A DNA stretch of 64,000 nucleotides from Eledone cirrhosa (Eukaryota), in the NCBI GenBank assembly GCA_964016885.1, contig OZ024743.1, positions 239,630,001 to 239,694,000 on the forward strand, in the 5' to 3' direction. Made by a program: the position numbers and the translations under genes. The notes below the pieces were generated by a model. The model made no database searches. It saw nothing but the letters and a program-made list of their open reading frames with translations, and had not been told where the DNA came from. Positions 40,915-55,309 of this stretch are shown here, piece by piece. The first letter of the stretch is position 1. Each line of letters begins with the position of its first letter.

Positions 40915-41463
40915 ATATACCACTGCCTTTGATGTCTCAGACACGATCGATTCGAATGGTGTACGACCGCCCACATTCATAGAAATAATGTGTGTATGTG
41001 AATGTGTGTGTGTGAGTGTGAGTGTGTAAGTAACTAAGTAAGTAAAGAAGAAGCAAAAATATCACCTGCCTTAATCAGACATATGAATCCTCTAGTGGAA
41101 ATACACATGCAAATTGATGAATGGAAAAAACAAAACATTTTCTCTTACATAAATCCACACATACTTAAAGAGTTATATATGTATATACGTTTACTTATAT
41201 ATATATAGATTCAAAAATATATACGTAACTATGGGCACGCACTCAGAATTATATTTATTCATATATGCATTCATATATATATATATATATGAATAAATTT
41301 AGTCCTTCATCAGTGATCTGCCAACCTTCATTGGTATTTCATCGCTTTAAAGACCATATATCTCCGATTGGTGCGAGCAACGACTAAAGCGAGTCGTTGG
41401 GACACGTAAATAAGGGGAACGAGAGAGACAGTAAACAATCAAAGATAGTAATGCAACGAAAAG

Positions 41464-41705
41464 TGAGGAAGAAGGAGTCAAGTCCTAGAATTCTATGAAT
41501 ATAAGTTCTGTGAAATCGTGGACGAGAGAGAATAAAGACCATCAAACCTGGTCGAAATGTGAGCAAGGAAAGAATTTCGCACAGATCAAACGGGAGGAAG
41601 AAAGAGTCAAGTCCCTGAAATCGATGAACATAAGTTCTGTGAAATCGTAGACGAGAGAGAATAAAGACCATCCGACCTGGTCGAAATGCGAGTGAGGAAA
41701 GAAAG
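41464..41705. repeat. ~130-bp imperfect tandem duplication
   Basis: gaggaagaa.gagtcaagtcc...ctggtcgaaatg occurs twice. Confidence 0.8.
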
Positions 41706-42108
41706 TCGACAATGCTCCTATTCACACAGCAAAACTTGCACAAGAATGCATTGAAAAATGTGGCTTTCATCAACTCGTTCACCCTCCTTATAGTCCGGAC
41801 ATTGCTCCAAGTGACTTCTTTTTCTTCAGACTGCTTAAGAAAGAGTGGTAATCACTTTGCAACTGGAGAGGAACTCAAAAGTTTTGTTAATGAATATTTG
41901 AACTCTTTGGATGATTCATTTTTCAAAGCGGCGTTTGAAGAATTACTGGTAAGATGGCGAAAGATGGTTGTAAACAATGGAGGCTACATTGAAAAATAAC
42001 TTTATTAATGTTTTCTTTACTAGTATTGAATGTATTTTCAAATAAAATTCGTTTCAATGTTCTAGCTTTTTATTTTCATACCGAGTATTAGAGATTATTG
42101 ACCTGACC

Positions 42109-42112
<4 letters not shown>
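41706..42112 (+). mobile_element. mariner transposon 3' fragment (transposase C-terminus, frameshifted)
   Basis: DNAPIHTA...HPPYSPDIAPSDFFFFRLL, then after a frameshift ...EELLVRWRKMVVNNGGYIEK. Confidence 0.88.
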
Positions 42113-42165
<53 letters not shown>

Positions 42166-42168
<3 letters not shown>

Positions 42169-42256
42169 GGTGTCCCAAAACATATTTTGATTACCTGTAC
42201 AGGCTATATTTATTAGAATGTTGTTGAAGTGTGTATACAATTTTGGGGTCACCCTG
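42166..42256. mobile_element. Tc1/mariner-type mini-MITE
   Basis: TIRs CAGGGTGTCCCAAAA / TTTTGGGGTCACCCTG in a TA context. Confidence 0.65.
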
Positions 42257-42258
42257 CA

Positions 42259-42319
<61 letters not shown>

Positions 42320-42324
<5 letters not shown>

Positions 42325-42770
42325 TAAACGGAATAGAAAATGCTGACAAATTGTTCACAGTTGAAAAATGGTTTAATTAGGAATAAAAGAGTATTAGTGA
42401 TTGTATGGGTTAGTATTCAGTTGTGGTTTTAAGTTTTAAAGTTTTTACCGGTTGCGCATTTCTAAATGCTTTTCAAAAATAATTTTGAGATAGAGTGTCC
42501 GTGCTGTTTGCTCTGATCTGATTAGTTTTGGGAATTCTACCTGTTTTTATGTTAAAAAAGTGGCTCCAGCGTTATTTTTGTGTTGCAAAAATGCTTGTGG
42601 TCAAATCAATTTTGATTGGTCGGTAGAGATCATGTGAATGTAAAAAGTTGATTTTGCGCCAAGACTGTTTTTATGTTAAAAAAGTGGCTCCAGCAAAAAT
42701 TCTTGGTCAAAACAATTTTGATTGGTCGGTAGAGGTCATGTGGATAAAAAATTGGTTTTGCGCCAAGATT
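42320..42770 (-). mobile_element. Family B copy with 5' extension (contains a ~125-bp duplication)
   Basis: 42320-42519 is nearly identical to 36926-37122. The extension 'ctgttttt.atg..aaaaaagtggctc' also follows family C at ~28075. Confidence 0.8.
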
Positions 42771-42809
42771 GAGAAATGACTCTTTCACAACAAATATGTG
42801 TGTGTGTGT

Positions 42810-42867
<58 letters not shown>

Positions 42868-42942
42868 TAGTAGTAGTAATAGTAAGGTGTTCGATGCTGC
42901 GACAATGGCCAGCAGCGATGTGTGTCAAATGGCTATTAAGAT

Positions 42943-42981
<39 letters not shown>

Positions 42982-43149
42982 GCAGAGTAATTCGATGGTC
43001 AGTAAGAATGTGTCTGAGAGTAATGGGGGGTGTTTTAGCATGTCAAAAGATATTTTTCAGCTTTTGTCTTATACGGAGAAGTGCGTGTGTGTGTGTGTGT
43101 GTGTATAAGTCTCTTTGTATGTTGATGTACGCGTGTGTATGTGTTTGTG

Positions 43150-43186
<37 letters not shown>

Positions 43187-43501
43187 ACCAGTATTTTTTT
43201 CCCCCTGGTAAAATGGTGTACATTATTCGATTTTTTCAGTAAAATCGGTTCTCTTAATAGAACATCAAAAATCTTAACAATAAAAGGTGTGAAATGATAT
43301 TCACTATATATATATACACATACATATATTCACTACATATATATATATATATACATATATACATACATATATATGCACATATATTTTTTTGTATTGCACC
43401 ATAGAGCATGTGTTTTTACGTGTGTCATTGTGTTTATATGTGGGTAGAGATGTGTGCTGATGTAGGTATGTATGTTGACGTGTGTATGTTGTGGGTTCGT
43501 C

Positions 43502-45790
43502 TTAGAGAGAAGTGTTTAGACGGGGTCCGTATTTGTTAATGAAGTAAGATTCCTTGCTGATGCGCTGGGTGTGGGTGGCATTATCTTTACATTTGTAGAG
43601 GGGAAAGATTCTGAAGTTGGGATGATTTTGGGCGGCACAGGTATCAATGTGTTCACTCAGTGGTATTTTCCTGTATTCCCGTATTTTAATTTGGGATCTA
43701 TGGACAGTCATGCGTTGGCGGAGACTGTTTTGGGTCTGGCCTATGTATTGTTCTCGACAACCTGAACAAGTTAATACATATATTAGATTTTCCGATGCAC
43801 ATGTGAAATTGTGTTTTACTATAAAACGTTGTCCATCTTTGAAATAGAATTCCGAACCCTCTATTAGGTTGATGCAAATGCCACAGTTGGTCTATCGCAT
43901 TTTTTTTACTGTGGGTTTCGTTGTTGTGGTTGGCAGTACTTTGGCTTGTGTTAAGATGTTTTTCATTGACTTGGATTGTCTTTTGCTCTTTATGATATCG
44001 TGTGTTCGTAGAATTTGGTTCATTCTCTGGTCCTTTTTCAATACAGGGATGTTCTGGAGGATGGTGTCAAAGGCCTCATTGTTGAGGGGGTTGTGTGTGG
44101 AGATGTATGGAAGAGCTTTTAGTTTTGGTTGATTTACTTTAGGGTGTCTAAGGTCCTGGGTACTGAGTTTTAGGGCACGTTGGATTCCATTGTCAATTAG
44201 TGATGCAGGGTAGTTCCTGCCTATGAGTGTGTCCTTTAGTACTTGTAGCCGTAAGTAGCAGATGTTTTTATTGGAGACTATAGTACAGATTCTCTTGGCT
44301 AAGTTGTAGGGAATATTAATTTTAACGTGTCTAGGGTGGCAAGAGTTGAAGGGGAGATATTGCTTGGAGTCTGTGGGCTTGTAGTATATGTCTGTTTCTA
44401 TTTTTTTGTTATGGATCTTAATGAGGATGTCGAGGAAGGGGAGTTGTTGATGGCTGTATTCCATCGTGAAGTTAATATTTGTGTTGAGCCCATTTATAAG
44501 GGTGTGAAATTCTTTAAGTTTTTCGATGTTTTCGTGCCAAAGGATGAAGCAGTCATCTAGATATCGCTTCCAGTTCCTTTCAATGTGTAAGTGGAGGGTG
44601 TTTCCAAATTTGTTTAGGACTTTAGTGTAGAAGATGATTTCCAGGTATCCCATGACTAGGTTGGCATAAGTAGGGGCTGTTTTCGTTCCCATAGCGGTCC
44701 CAGATTTCTGCCTGTAGGGTTTGTTATTGAAAACGAAGTAATTGTTCTCCAAGATAAATTTGAGTCCCTCTATCACGAATTCTTTTTTGATGCGTTGTGG
44801 GAGTTCATTGTGGAAATTATCCAGCCAGAATTGGATAGCTTCTATTCCTAGGTTGTGGGGGTTGTTGGAGTATAGGTTGACTACATCGAACGTCATTAGT
44901 AGGGTTTGTTCAGAAAGTGGCATATTAGGGAGGTGATTGAGCATATCTAGGTCGTCCCTTATATAGCTTTTGATGTGCTTGAGGAAGGGTTTGAGAAGGG
45001 TATCAATGAAATTGCTAAGACGGTGCGTTTCGCAAGCGGGGCCTGCTATTATAGGTCTTAATTTGAGATCATTGGGTGAGGGGACATTGATGACTATGTC
45101 TGTGGCTTCCTTGCATGCCTTACTGATTGATTCACTTTTATGTACTTTAGGGATACCGTAGAAAAGGCTGGATTTACTTGTGAAGTCTGTGATGAAGCTG
45201 AATTCCTTGTTAGGGAGTCCTTCTTTGTATTGGTTGATTAGAGTTTTTAGGTTTCTCATAATTTTCTGTTGATTGTAGTGTTCAGCCTTTTCGTAGTATG
45301 TTTCGTTTTCCAAAGTGGAGAGCGCTAAGTTGATATAGAATTCTGTCTCCATTAGGACTACTGTACTCCCTTTATCAGCCTCTTTAATTGTAATGGTTCT
45401 GTCGGTTTTTAATCTATTTAATTCTTCCCATTCTTTCTTGTTGAGGTTTGGCTTGTGTTTTTGTCTGTGCAAGTGTTGGTAAAGGAAGTTTGTGATATGT
45501 TCACAGAATTCGTCCAGGATTTTATTTCTACCTTTTGAAGGGGTGTAATTGCTTCTATTTCTGGCTAATGATTCATCCTCATTGTACTGGTCGAATAGTT
45601 GTTCACTAAGTCGTAACTTTCTACAGAAGTCTGTGATGTCTTCCTTCATTTCATAGTAGTTAGGACGTAGTGGGGTCGGTGTGAATTTAAGATCTTTGGA
45701 GAGTAAGTTGATAAGGTTGGGTGTTGGTTCTGCACTAGTAAGATTGATAATTTTTATTACTATCGGTTTCTCCTCCCTGTCTTGTGTTAT
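43502..45790 (-). pseudogene. PLE RT/GIY-YIG ORF with a single apparent frameshift near 43900
   Basis: IINLT..LLSKDLKFTPTP, ADKGSTVV, FYGIPKVHK, RPIIAG, TFDVVNLY, GTAMGT, WKRYLDD, LPFLD, YYKPTD, then CGICINL..TCASENLIYVLTCSGCREQYIGQT..LRQRMTVH..ESYFINKYGPRLN. Confidence 0.92.
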
Positions 45791-45929
45791 TTTGTTTGCC
45801 TGTATCTGTGTGCTGTGTCTAAAAAATGGTTGGGGTAGAGGGGTTGTCTGCTGATGTTAAGTGGTCTCCTGTGTTTGTTATATTCCTTGTTGTTGTAAAA
45901 TGTGGTTCGGGTTGGTGGTTGTAGATTGA

Positions 45930-45930
<1 letters not shown>
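43502..45930 (-). mobile_element. Neptune-type Penelope-like retroelement, 5'-truncated
   Basis: RT, cysteine-rich linker and C-terminal GIY-YIG; bounded by (TA)n at the 5' end. Confidence 0.9.
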
Positions 45931-45963
<33 letters not shown>

Positions 45964-45967
45964 ATAC

Positions 45968-46054
<87 letters not shown>

Positions 46055-47084
46055 ACAGGCGGTCGAAAAGCTGATGATAAAATTTAATGTTTGTGAGATA
46101 CCCTCTCGTCTATTCTATCCCTTTCTCATTTCTTCTTATCACTTCTACGAGCCAACACACTTGGAGCCACTACATACATACATACATACATACATACATA
46201 CATACATACATACATACATACATACATGTAAGCATGCATACTTGCAAGTATTCATACATACATACATGATAGCTGCAACTCGATTTCGAGTGATGGCATC
46301 GCTTGATACTTAACCATGAACAGCACGCACGTGGCTCTTCAGTCCTACTAGGGACTTGCCTATGGCCAACCATGCTATGCAACGCACAAGATCTCACTTA
46401 TCAAGCTTATCAAGTGATGCCTGTGCTTGGAGCTATTTTAAGTGAGGAAAGGCTTGGCACGGGCCAGTCCCACTCGCTGAACATCGAATGCATCGAATGA
46501 AATTAAATCTGGCCAACATCATTGTCGCAGGTTTTATATCAGAGTGACCTTCTCCTAGAGTGAGAAACCCCTAGTCTTAAGGAAAACTAGGGGTCTCTCA
46601 CTCCACTGCTTCTCTAAACAAAAATATAAACTTTATTGGGTGGGCGTTGATTCACTTGAATTCCACCGCCTTTTGACGTTTTTTTTTTCATTCCGCAGGG
46701 TGTCCAAAAATCACCCTCCTTGGTGGGGCTGTCGGTTCAGTCACCGGCGACCCTACTATGGACAGGTTGTACTGGGTTACATACATTCATACCTACATAC
46801 ATACATACATACATACATACATACATACATACATACATACATACATACATACATACATACATACATACACACACTCGGACACATATGCATATATACACAT
46901 GCACACATACACATATACATGCACATTCATGCATACGTACACACATATACATGCACACAGACACATACAGACACACACACACACATACAATGTATTATTA
47001 GAACATTGGAGGAGCTGCCCTGCGTTATATATAACAGTTCTTTGCAATGTGAGTTCGGATTCCATTTTGGTACCGATGGACTAA

Positions 47085-47380
47085 ACACAGGCCTAATTAC
47101 CTGGCAAACGGGACAGCTGGTAAACAGGACTAATTACTTCATGAAGAGGATACCCAGTTGGACTGATCTATTTACTTGATGAAGTAGACATCCGGTGTAA
47201 CAGTACTAATTAATTGATGAAGTGGACTTACAGGACTAATTACCTGGCAAATGTGACACTCGCTCTAGCAGGACCAATTATCTGATGAAGGGGACAGCCA
47301 GCCCAACTGACCTAATTACCAGGCAAAAGGAACACGCTCCAACTGACCTAATTACTTGACAGTGGGACACTCCGCTCCAA
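47085..47380. repeat. Degenerate ~35-38-bp minisatellite (ctaattacctg..aa.gggaca...)
   Basis: Recurrent ctaattac / gggaca motifs. Confidence 0.65.
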
Positions 47381-48899
47381 ATCGGAACTAAGACAGTTTA
47401 GCTTACTACCAGCAACCATAACCCAATGCATTTATCCAGCGGTTGATCAACAACGACTGAATGACATAATCGAATATATCGATTTCAAATACACAAACTT
47501 TACTTCAGTTTTATCGGACTTGCAAGAGATGCGATGTTTTGGTTAGTCTGCAGAAGGAGTAATGTTGAAAGACACAGAAACCAACGACATAGGAGACAAC
47601 AGAACCAATATTACAGTCAACAAACTCACTTAGAAATGCCAACTCCAATTATTTAGTGGCGTCGTTTGCCACCCGGATACATCTATGCTTTGCCAAGTAT
47701 TCGAGGAAGATTTCTAAAGGCCAAGAAAAAGTGACAGTTCGCCATAGAAATTCTGAGAAAATACCCGGGAGAATTTGAAACTGGCATTTTGAAGTTCAAA
47801 TGTCTTGGACAGAATCCGGGACCTTAGTTATTAAGTTATTGGTTAGTTATTAAGGTATTAAGTTATTAAGAAAGGGGCTGAAGAGCTATACACATAAATT
47901 CCCATCATCTGTCAAATTCGGCGTAAAAAGGATTTAACTAAATTTCGCAAAGCATTTCGTCCGATGCTCCTCCGATTTTGACTAAATTTGGAATAATCAG
48001 CACTCCGACCTTGTTTCGTCAGTTATTTCTGATATCCTAGCATCAACACTAAAGCTACTCTGTATCTGTTAATAGTAATGTTACTGCTTCTCTTCTTACT
48101 CCTACGCCTCACCCTCCATATTTACTACTACTACTATTAATACTACTACTGCTAATACTACCACCACCACCAGTATCACTAACCCTACCACCACCACCAC
48201 CACCTCTACAAATGCAAACACTGCCACTACAACTACTACTACCACCACCACCACCACCACCACCACCACCACCACCACCACCACCACCACCACCACCACC
48301 ACCATCACCACCACCACTACTACTACTACTACTATTGTTGCTTTGCTGCTGCCAGTGCTGTTGATGTGACCGTCTTTGTTCTTACCGTTACCCTACCATA
48401 ATTGCACGTCTGCCGCCATTTCTCGCAACTGCATGTTTAGCCACCGGGTTCTGAAGGCAGTTTAACTTATTAATCTCGTAAGGCTAATTAAAAACCAATC
48501 TCTTGGCTTATCTCTGTTGCTATGGAAACGCCAAAAGCAACATCAACAAACACATGAGTATACTCATGCACATACTCACACAAACACACACATAAACACA
48601 GACATACGTTGATGCAGACACGCTCGCCCGCACAGACACATATATATCTCCCACACATCGACACATTCCTGCGTAAATATTGTTCATATGTTATTGAGGC
48701 GATGCGGTGGTAAACGGGGTGAGGCGCCGTACTAAATGATTTACAATGCATAGTTTTGTCTCTCTCTTTGCATTCTTAGACGTTGTTGGTGTTATTACTG
48801 TTGTTGATGTTGTGATTGTTGGGGTTATTGCTGTTGTAGCAGGCTTATGATCAATGACGTTCCAGCCATGACAAAACCATCTTTTATTCATACAGATTG

Positions 48900-49080
48900 C
48901 ATTGGCAGTATCAGTAGTGAGTCGGACGCCATGCTTTGCAGCATAGTGTTACGGCCATTTCAGATCTGAGTTCCCACCGAGGTTAACTTTGCATTTCATC
49001 CTTACAATGTCGATAAAATTAAGTACCAGTAATGTACTGGTGTAATTGCTGGCCTTGTGCCAAAAGTAGAAACAATTATT
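48900..49080 (+). mobile_element. tRNA-SINE copy
   Basis: Family core and tail. Confidence 0.85.
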
Positions 49081-49427
49081 AAATGTGTCGTTTCTCTTCT
49101 TTTTTTTTAAGATGATAGGGTGCGTAAATAGAGGGTGCTTTGGGTAAAACCTGACGGCTCTTGCTAGCTGGTCGAACTACCATCTACCAGCTGGTTGTGT
49201 CTTTGTTGTTGATTAGGCGCAAATAGCATTCAAGACACCCCATTCATTCACATTCCTTTTGTTATTAGTTGTATGTAGAATTATGATATCGAATTTATTC
49301 TAACTCAGCATCTTGTAAGTGGTATTTTGTTGGAAGGACCTCGCACACATACACGCATGTACACACAAGTACACACATTTGTTCTTGCCGATACATTCAA
49401 ACTATACACACACACACATACACACAT

Positions 49428-49469
<42 letters not shown>

Positions 49470-49486
49470 ACAAACACACAAACACA

Positions 49487-49549
<63 letters not shown>

Positions 49550-49864
49550 TTGTATAGGTGTGTGTGTGTGTGTGTAGTTGTGTATCTATAGTTTGAATGT
49601 ATCGGACTTCATCAAGAAAGAACAAAATTCGGAGAAAGAAGAGACTGGAATTTTGAAGAAGAAAAGAAAACAGTTTCATCAGTATGAGTGAGATAGAGGG
49701 ATTAGATATTACTAGCTAAGACGAGTAAGATCATTATTCAAATAATTACTCTGTACTTAAGGAAAATAGCGTAGATATTATATGGATTCTTCCACCAACG
49801 GTTTAGCTTACACAGATTCTATGAAAATGGTACAAGCTTAACCACAGGGAAAATAATCCATAAG

Positions 49865-50180
49865 ATAATGGTTTCTGATTTAGACATCAGGTCAACAATT
49901 TTAGAGGAGAGGAAAGTCGATTAAATCGATCCCAGCGCGTTACTGGTGCTTTACTTTCTCGATCAAGTAAGGATGAAAAGCAGCTAACCTGCGAAATTTG
50001 AACTAAGAAGAAAAAGGGAATTTGTCCAACGCACTATCGACACTGCCAATACATAAATAATAATAATATATTATTTTCATCCTTATGGAATCGATAAAAT
50101 GAAGTACCAGTAAGGCACTGGTGTGATTTAATAGACTTTCCCACCCCCAAATTGTTGGCCCTGCGCCTAAAACAAAAACC
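49865..50180. mobile_element. Two degraded tRNA-SINE copies in opposite orientation
   Basis: Core remnants. Confidence 0.65.
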
Positions 50181-50214
<34 letters not shown>

Positions 50215-50648
50215 AAAAGAGTCAGGACCCCGACAGCTGAGCTTCGGCCGTTTCGACAGCTAGATCCGAACTAAGCCACCAGTATTAGAACGGTGGGAAT
50301 CTAGTTGAACTTATATATATATATATGTGGGGGGGGGGGGGGGTGAGTGTGTGTCCGTGTGCGTTCTTTTCTCCTTTCTGTAGTCTTATCGTCTCGTTCC
50401 TTGAGTTTTAAAATACTCCTTGATAGTGTTTAACAATCTTGTTAGATATTGTAACACAAATGGACCAGCAGTACGGTCAGCAATGTATGAAACTGTTTTA
50501 GGATATTGGACTACTGGCATCCAGGGGTGATTTGTCCTGTTCGTCACCTATGTACCAATCTACTTCCTTTTTCGACGGTCTTGTTATTTTGTCTGTGTTT
50601 AAACGTATTTGGGAAAAGATGAAAATTTCAGCATTCTCTTTCTCCTCA

Positions 50649-51565
50649 TCTATATATATAAAACTGAGGATGTCTGTCTGTCTGTGTGTGAGTTTGAATC
50701 CCTAAAACACGAGCACCACCCAACCGACTGTTTTCAATCTTTACACGTATAATACTTATGTTTCAGGGAGTGTTATGAGCCAAAAACATTTCAAATTTTC
50801 AATGTCCTAGGGACCGCATTAGGCGATTTAGCGATATCTCTCTATAATTCTTAGTCTTTCTCTTTTTAGATATATACATACATATAACATCGCGCCCTTA
50901 TAATATCTGTCTGTATGTCTGGCTGTTTGCATTACGTCACTTCCCTGAGGATGTGTGTGTCTTTGAGTTTGAATCCCTAAAACTCGAGAAGTACCCAACC
51001 GATTTTTTTCAAAATTTACATGTTTCAGGGAGTGTTATGCACATGAAAAAATGCACATAAAATATTCAACATTTTGATCTCCTAGACTTTCCCTCATTAG
51101 GTGAAAAACTGCGTTTTTTAAGCTTTTTATGTTTATTTTTGAGGCGTTACGTCAGACCGATTTCCTTGAAATTGTAACTATGTATAAGTCTGTCTCTTCT
51201 TCATACCGTGAGCAAAGAAAATCCAACTTTTTTATGGCCTAGGGCCCGCATTAGGTGAAAAACTTCATTTTTTCAGTCTTTTAGGGCTTTTTGGAGGCGT
51301 TACGTCTAGCCAATTTTCCCAAAATTTCAAAGCATATTATGCACGTAAAAAAAATCATTTTCTTGATCACTAGGGCCCGGATTAGGTGAAAACCTGCATT
51401 TTTCCTGCTTCATCGAGGAAAATCTTAAAGATTATCCAGCCATCAGAGTATTCGGTTTATTTTTTTTACATATTGTCCAGGCATGCAGTTTTTCCAAGAT
51501 TAGGTCTGTTGGCGGCCCGCGTTCCAAAATACCTTATCCCGTGCAACGCCGGGTACCACTGCTAG
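50649..51565 (+). mobile_element. Non-autonomous Helitron
   Basis: 5' TC after A, (TCTG)n, internal subrepeats, 3' hairpin cccgtgcaacgccggg then CTAG followed by T; no TSD. Confidence 0.8.
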
Positions 51566-51644
51566 TATCTCTATAAATTTGAGACAAGGTTAATCAAATA
51601 TTGTTCTACTATCTCTGATTATTAATGAGATTTTTTTAGAGAGT

Positions 51645-51905
51645 TCAGGCAGCATGGCCTAATCGCTTCGCAATCATCAAACCCCAGGTTCGATGCTGTC
51701 AAACCCCAGGTGTGATACGTGGAGAGTCATTCAAATGACCATCGTTGTTACATACCGTATCACGGTGAAACTCCCTCGAAATTACGTTACAAATTTAAGT
51801 TACAATTAAGGGTTGTTGGAATACTCAGCCACTTGCACGTTAATTTCACGAGTAGGCTGTTTCATTGATCGAATCAATTGGAACATTCGTCATAGTAGCC
51901 TACGA
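51645..51905 (+). mobile_element. Second tRNA-derived SINE family, degraded
   Basis: ggcagcatggcctaa A-box and ggttcgat B-box remnants; ends in (CA)n. Confidence 0.5.
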
Positions 51906-52327
51906 AGGACCAACACAAACACACAAATCCACACACACACATACACACACGAACATACGCACTCACACACGTATATACGCACTCACGTAAATTAGTGTCT
52001 ATCTCTCGTAGTGCGTCATCTATATTCACAAGCTCTCGTAATTATGAGTCACCTTGTAGAATATATATATATATGTGCATGTGTGTAAGCGCGTGAGTGT
52101 GTGTGTGTGTCAGTATACACACAAAACATACACTCACAAACAAACAAACACACAAGTATATGTGTATGTAAATAGGTACATGCATACTAAGCAAAATTCG
52201 TCAAAATAGCTGAATCTTTTGATGAGTTTTAAAACCAATTTGATGATTACAACTAATTAATTAGTTTAATATAATTATGTTTTATTCATTTTTTATATAA
52301 TCATAATAATAATAACAGTAAGGACAT

Positions 52328-52389
<62 letters not shown>

Positions 52390-52502
52390 ATATATATATA
52401 TTTGTATATATATATATATATTTGTATATATATATATATATATTTGTATATATATATATATATATATACATATACAAATATATTTATATATATATATATA
52501 TT

Positions 52503-52593
<91 letters not shown>

Positions 52594-52701
52594 GATGCTA
52601 CTGTCATCTATATATATAGTTTTAGCATCTGATTATTTTTACTATTTTTTGTGACATACTTATTAATTCTTATACTCTGAATCCATCATATGTATGTCTT
52701 T

Positions 52702-52775
<74 letters not shown>

Positions 52776-52796
52776 ATATATGTATATATATGTGCA

Positions 52797-52830
<34 letters not shown>

Positions 52831-52888
52831 CACATATATATATATATATAAATATGTATATATATACATATATATATAGAGAGAGAGA

Positions 52889-53802
52889 GATTACATGAAA
52901 CAAAGTTCTGTTTAAATCATTTATCTGCTTACAATTGTTTCTTCCAAACCGAGGTTTGGAGTCTTCGGAGCAATTATTCAGTGATTTTTAACATACTTGA
53001 CCTCCTCTTCAACACAAGAGACATATAGAAACATATGTATATATTGAATCACACACTTCCGGAATATAATACGATGTCATCTCTTACAACAAAAACAACC
53101 TCATCTATGAATCGAATTAAAGAACGACAACCTATGATGTTCTAGCATGGTTCACCAGGCACCCAATGTTGAATCATCGTGGATTGTGAGATGGGCATGT
53201 AGTCTATAAATTGCGTTTCCTGGATTGTGAGAGTGGTGGTGTGTACGAGGACAGTGGTGCTGTTTTGCTTCTCATTTGTAATATTTTTGATATTTTTGGT
53301 GTTTCTCCACACACGGGCTTCTATATCGTACAGGTGTGTGTAAATAATGCTTAACCAGTTCACCCCCATGATGCTCTTGATTGCCTGCTTTGACTGCTTG
53401 TTTTACTTGTAACAATCTGCCGCACTATAATCTTGTATAAATAGGACACGCATGCATGCCACACGTGTGACTGTTGAATACACTGGCTATTCCAAACTTT
53501 GCTTTTGCTTTATCTTAGTAGACTGCCAATGTTTTATTTTTATTTTATTTTAATTTTAATTTTGTCCTTTCATATGACTGTAATCTTTGTATTTAAATTA
53601 CCATGCTATATTATTATAATGGATGTCAACCCACTGTGGGTCAATATATACATATGTTTCTATATGTCTCTTGTATTGAAGAGGAGGTCAAGTATGTTAA
53701 AAATCACTGAATAATTGCTCCGAAGACATCAAACCTCGGTTTGGAAGAAACAATTGTAAGCAGATAAATGATTTAAACAGAACTTTGTTTCATGTAATCT
53801 CT
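52889..53802. mobile_element. PLE-like remnant with ~160-bp terminal inverted repeats around a ~590-bp spacer
   Basis: 52889-53047 is the reverse complement of 53641-53802. Confidence 0.85.
53716..53762 (+). ncRNA. Hammerhead ribozyme with CCGAAGA (U4C) core
   Basis: tgct-CCGAAGA-c..caaacc-tc-ggtttgga-aGAAA-caattgta-agca. The antisense copy at 52926-52972 has the same core. Confidence 0.65.
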
Positions 53803-53965
53803 ATATAACTGCTCTGTAAAACAACTGATGTTGTTACATTGAGCTATTTATCTTACTGGTAATAAGATAGTAATAAATTACTGTCTTTCACTATTTAGGG
53901 TATAATATATATATAACTATAAAAGGTTTTAGTATATACATAACCATAAATAGTATCCTTAATAC

Positions 53966-54007
<42 letters not shown>

Positions 54008-54035
54008 TGTATATATATACATATATATATATATA

Positions 54036-54310
54036 CGATATTAACAAATGGAAACTATATTTATAAAACCATATTTATTTCATTATACATATTTCAAGGA
54101 CACCAAGTTAAATTATGGTGTGCTTTCATCAGATAAAATATAATATAGATCAGTTTTATAAATAAATATTGACATACCCTTAAAAATGGTTTTATAAATA
54201 TAGTTTCCATTTGTTAATATCGTATTTTTACTCCAAATATTTGTTGAGTGCTTTATATCAGTTATAAAAATATTTGCTTGTTGTATCCCAACAATTTAAA
54301 TATAACTTTT
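54036..54310. mobile_element. Family A PLE end with inversion; HHR on minus at 54076-54140
   Basis: Minus strand reads tattttat-CTGATGA-aag.acacca...tggtgtcctt-GAAA-tatgtata-atgaaata. 54183-54222 inverts 54036-54072. Confidence 0.75.
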
Positions 54311-55202
54311 AGATATATATATATAGGGAGGGGTTAGTTTGTTTCACTCTACTTACGCGTAACATATTAGTTTGTATATGTGTGTGCGTTTGTGTTCTTG
54401 TTTATATTTGTGTTTATAGGGAGTGTTCACGTGGGTGTTTATCCGTATGTGAGTGTGAGTGTATATATATATTCGTGTGTGTCTGAGTCTGTGTCTGCGC
54501 GTGTTTTTTGTGTCCCAGTTTCTCTGTGTCCGTGTATGTATCTCTGTTTGTGTGTGTGTATGTGTGTGCATATGATTGTATGTGTCTACGTCGGTCTGTC
54601 TGTGTTAGATGCGAGTAATTTATTTTGTCGTGTCTTAATTGAATTTTAGAAATACTCCAACTGATGGAGTTTTAGAATAATGAGATATTACAGACACCGC
54701 CAATAACAGCAACACAACTCCAATACAACCTGCACTAACACCGCCACCAACACCACTCTCCATTAACACTATTATCACTGCTACCACTAGCCTTACTAAT
54801 AATAACGACAACAACAAAAACGATAAATATAACACCCCTGCAACCACTACCGCTACCACCACTGACACCTCCAACATCATTAACAACAATAATCATGACA
54901 AAAGTAACAATAACAGCCACATCACCGTCTCCGAAAGTAACCACAAATCTATCACAACCTCCATTATAAACAATACCGATTACAATAGCACTACTAAAAT
55001 TAACATTACCAACGATAACAACTTACCCAGAACTACCTTCATAACTAAAAATATGTCGGCCATCATTATCAACACCACCAACTCCTCCAATACGATCAAC
55101 AATCTCACCATTGATACCACCTGACAACCAACGTAAACATTTCTACCGTGATAACTACCACAGTCACCGCCAGATACCGCACGGGATGGCTGTAATGTAC
55201 TT

Positions 55203-55294
<92 letters not shown>

Positions 55295-55309
55295 CTATCT
55301 ATCTAGGGC

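Noticed and set aside
41300-41325. Minus-strand CTGATGAAGGACTA
   Set aside because: It is only the 5' half of a family F-like HHR, truncated by (TA)n, so it is not counted as a ribozyme.
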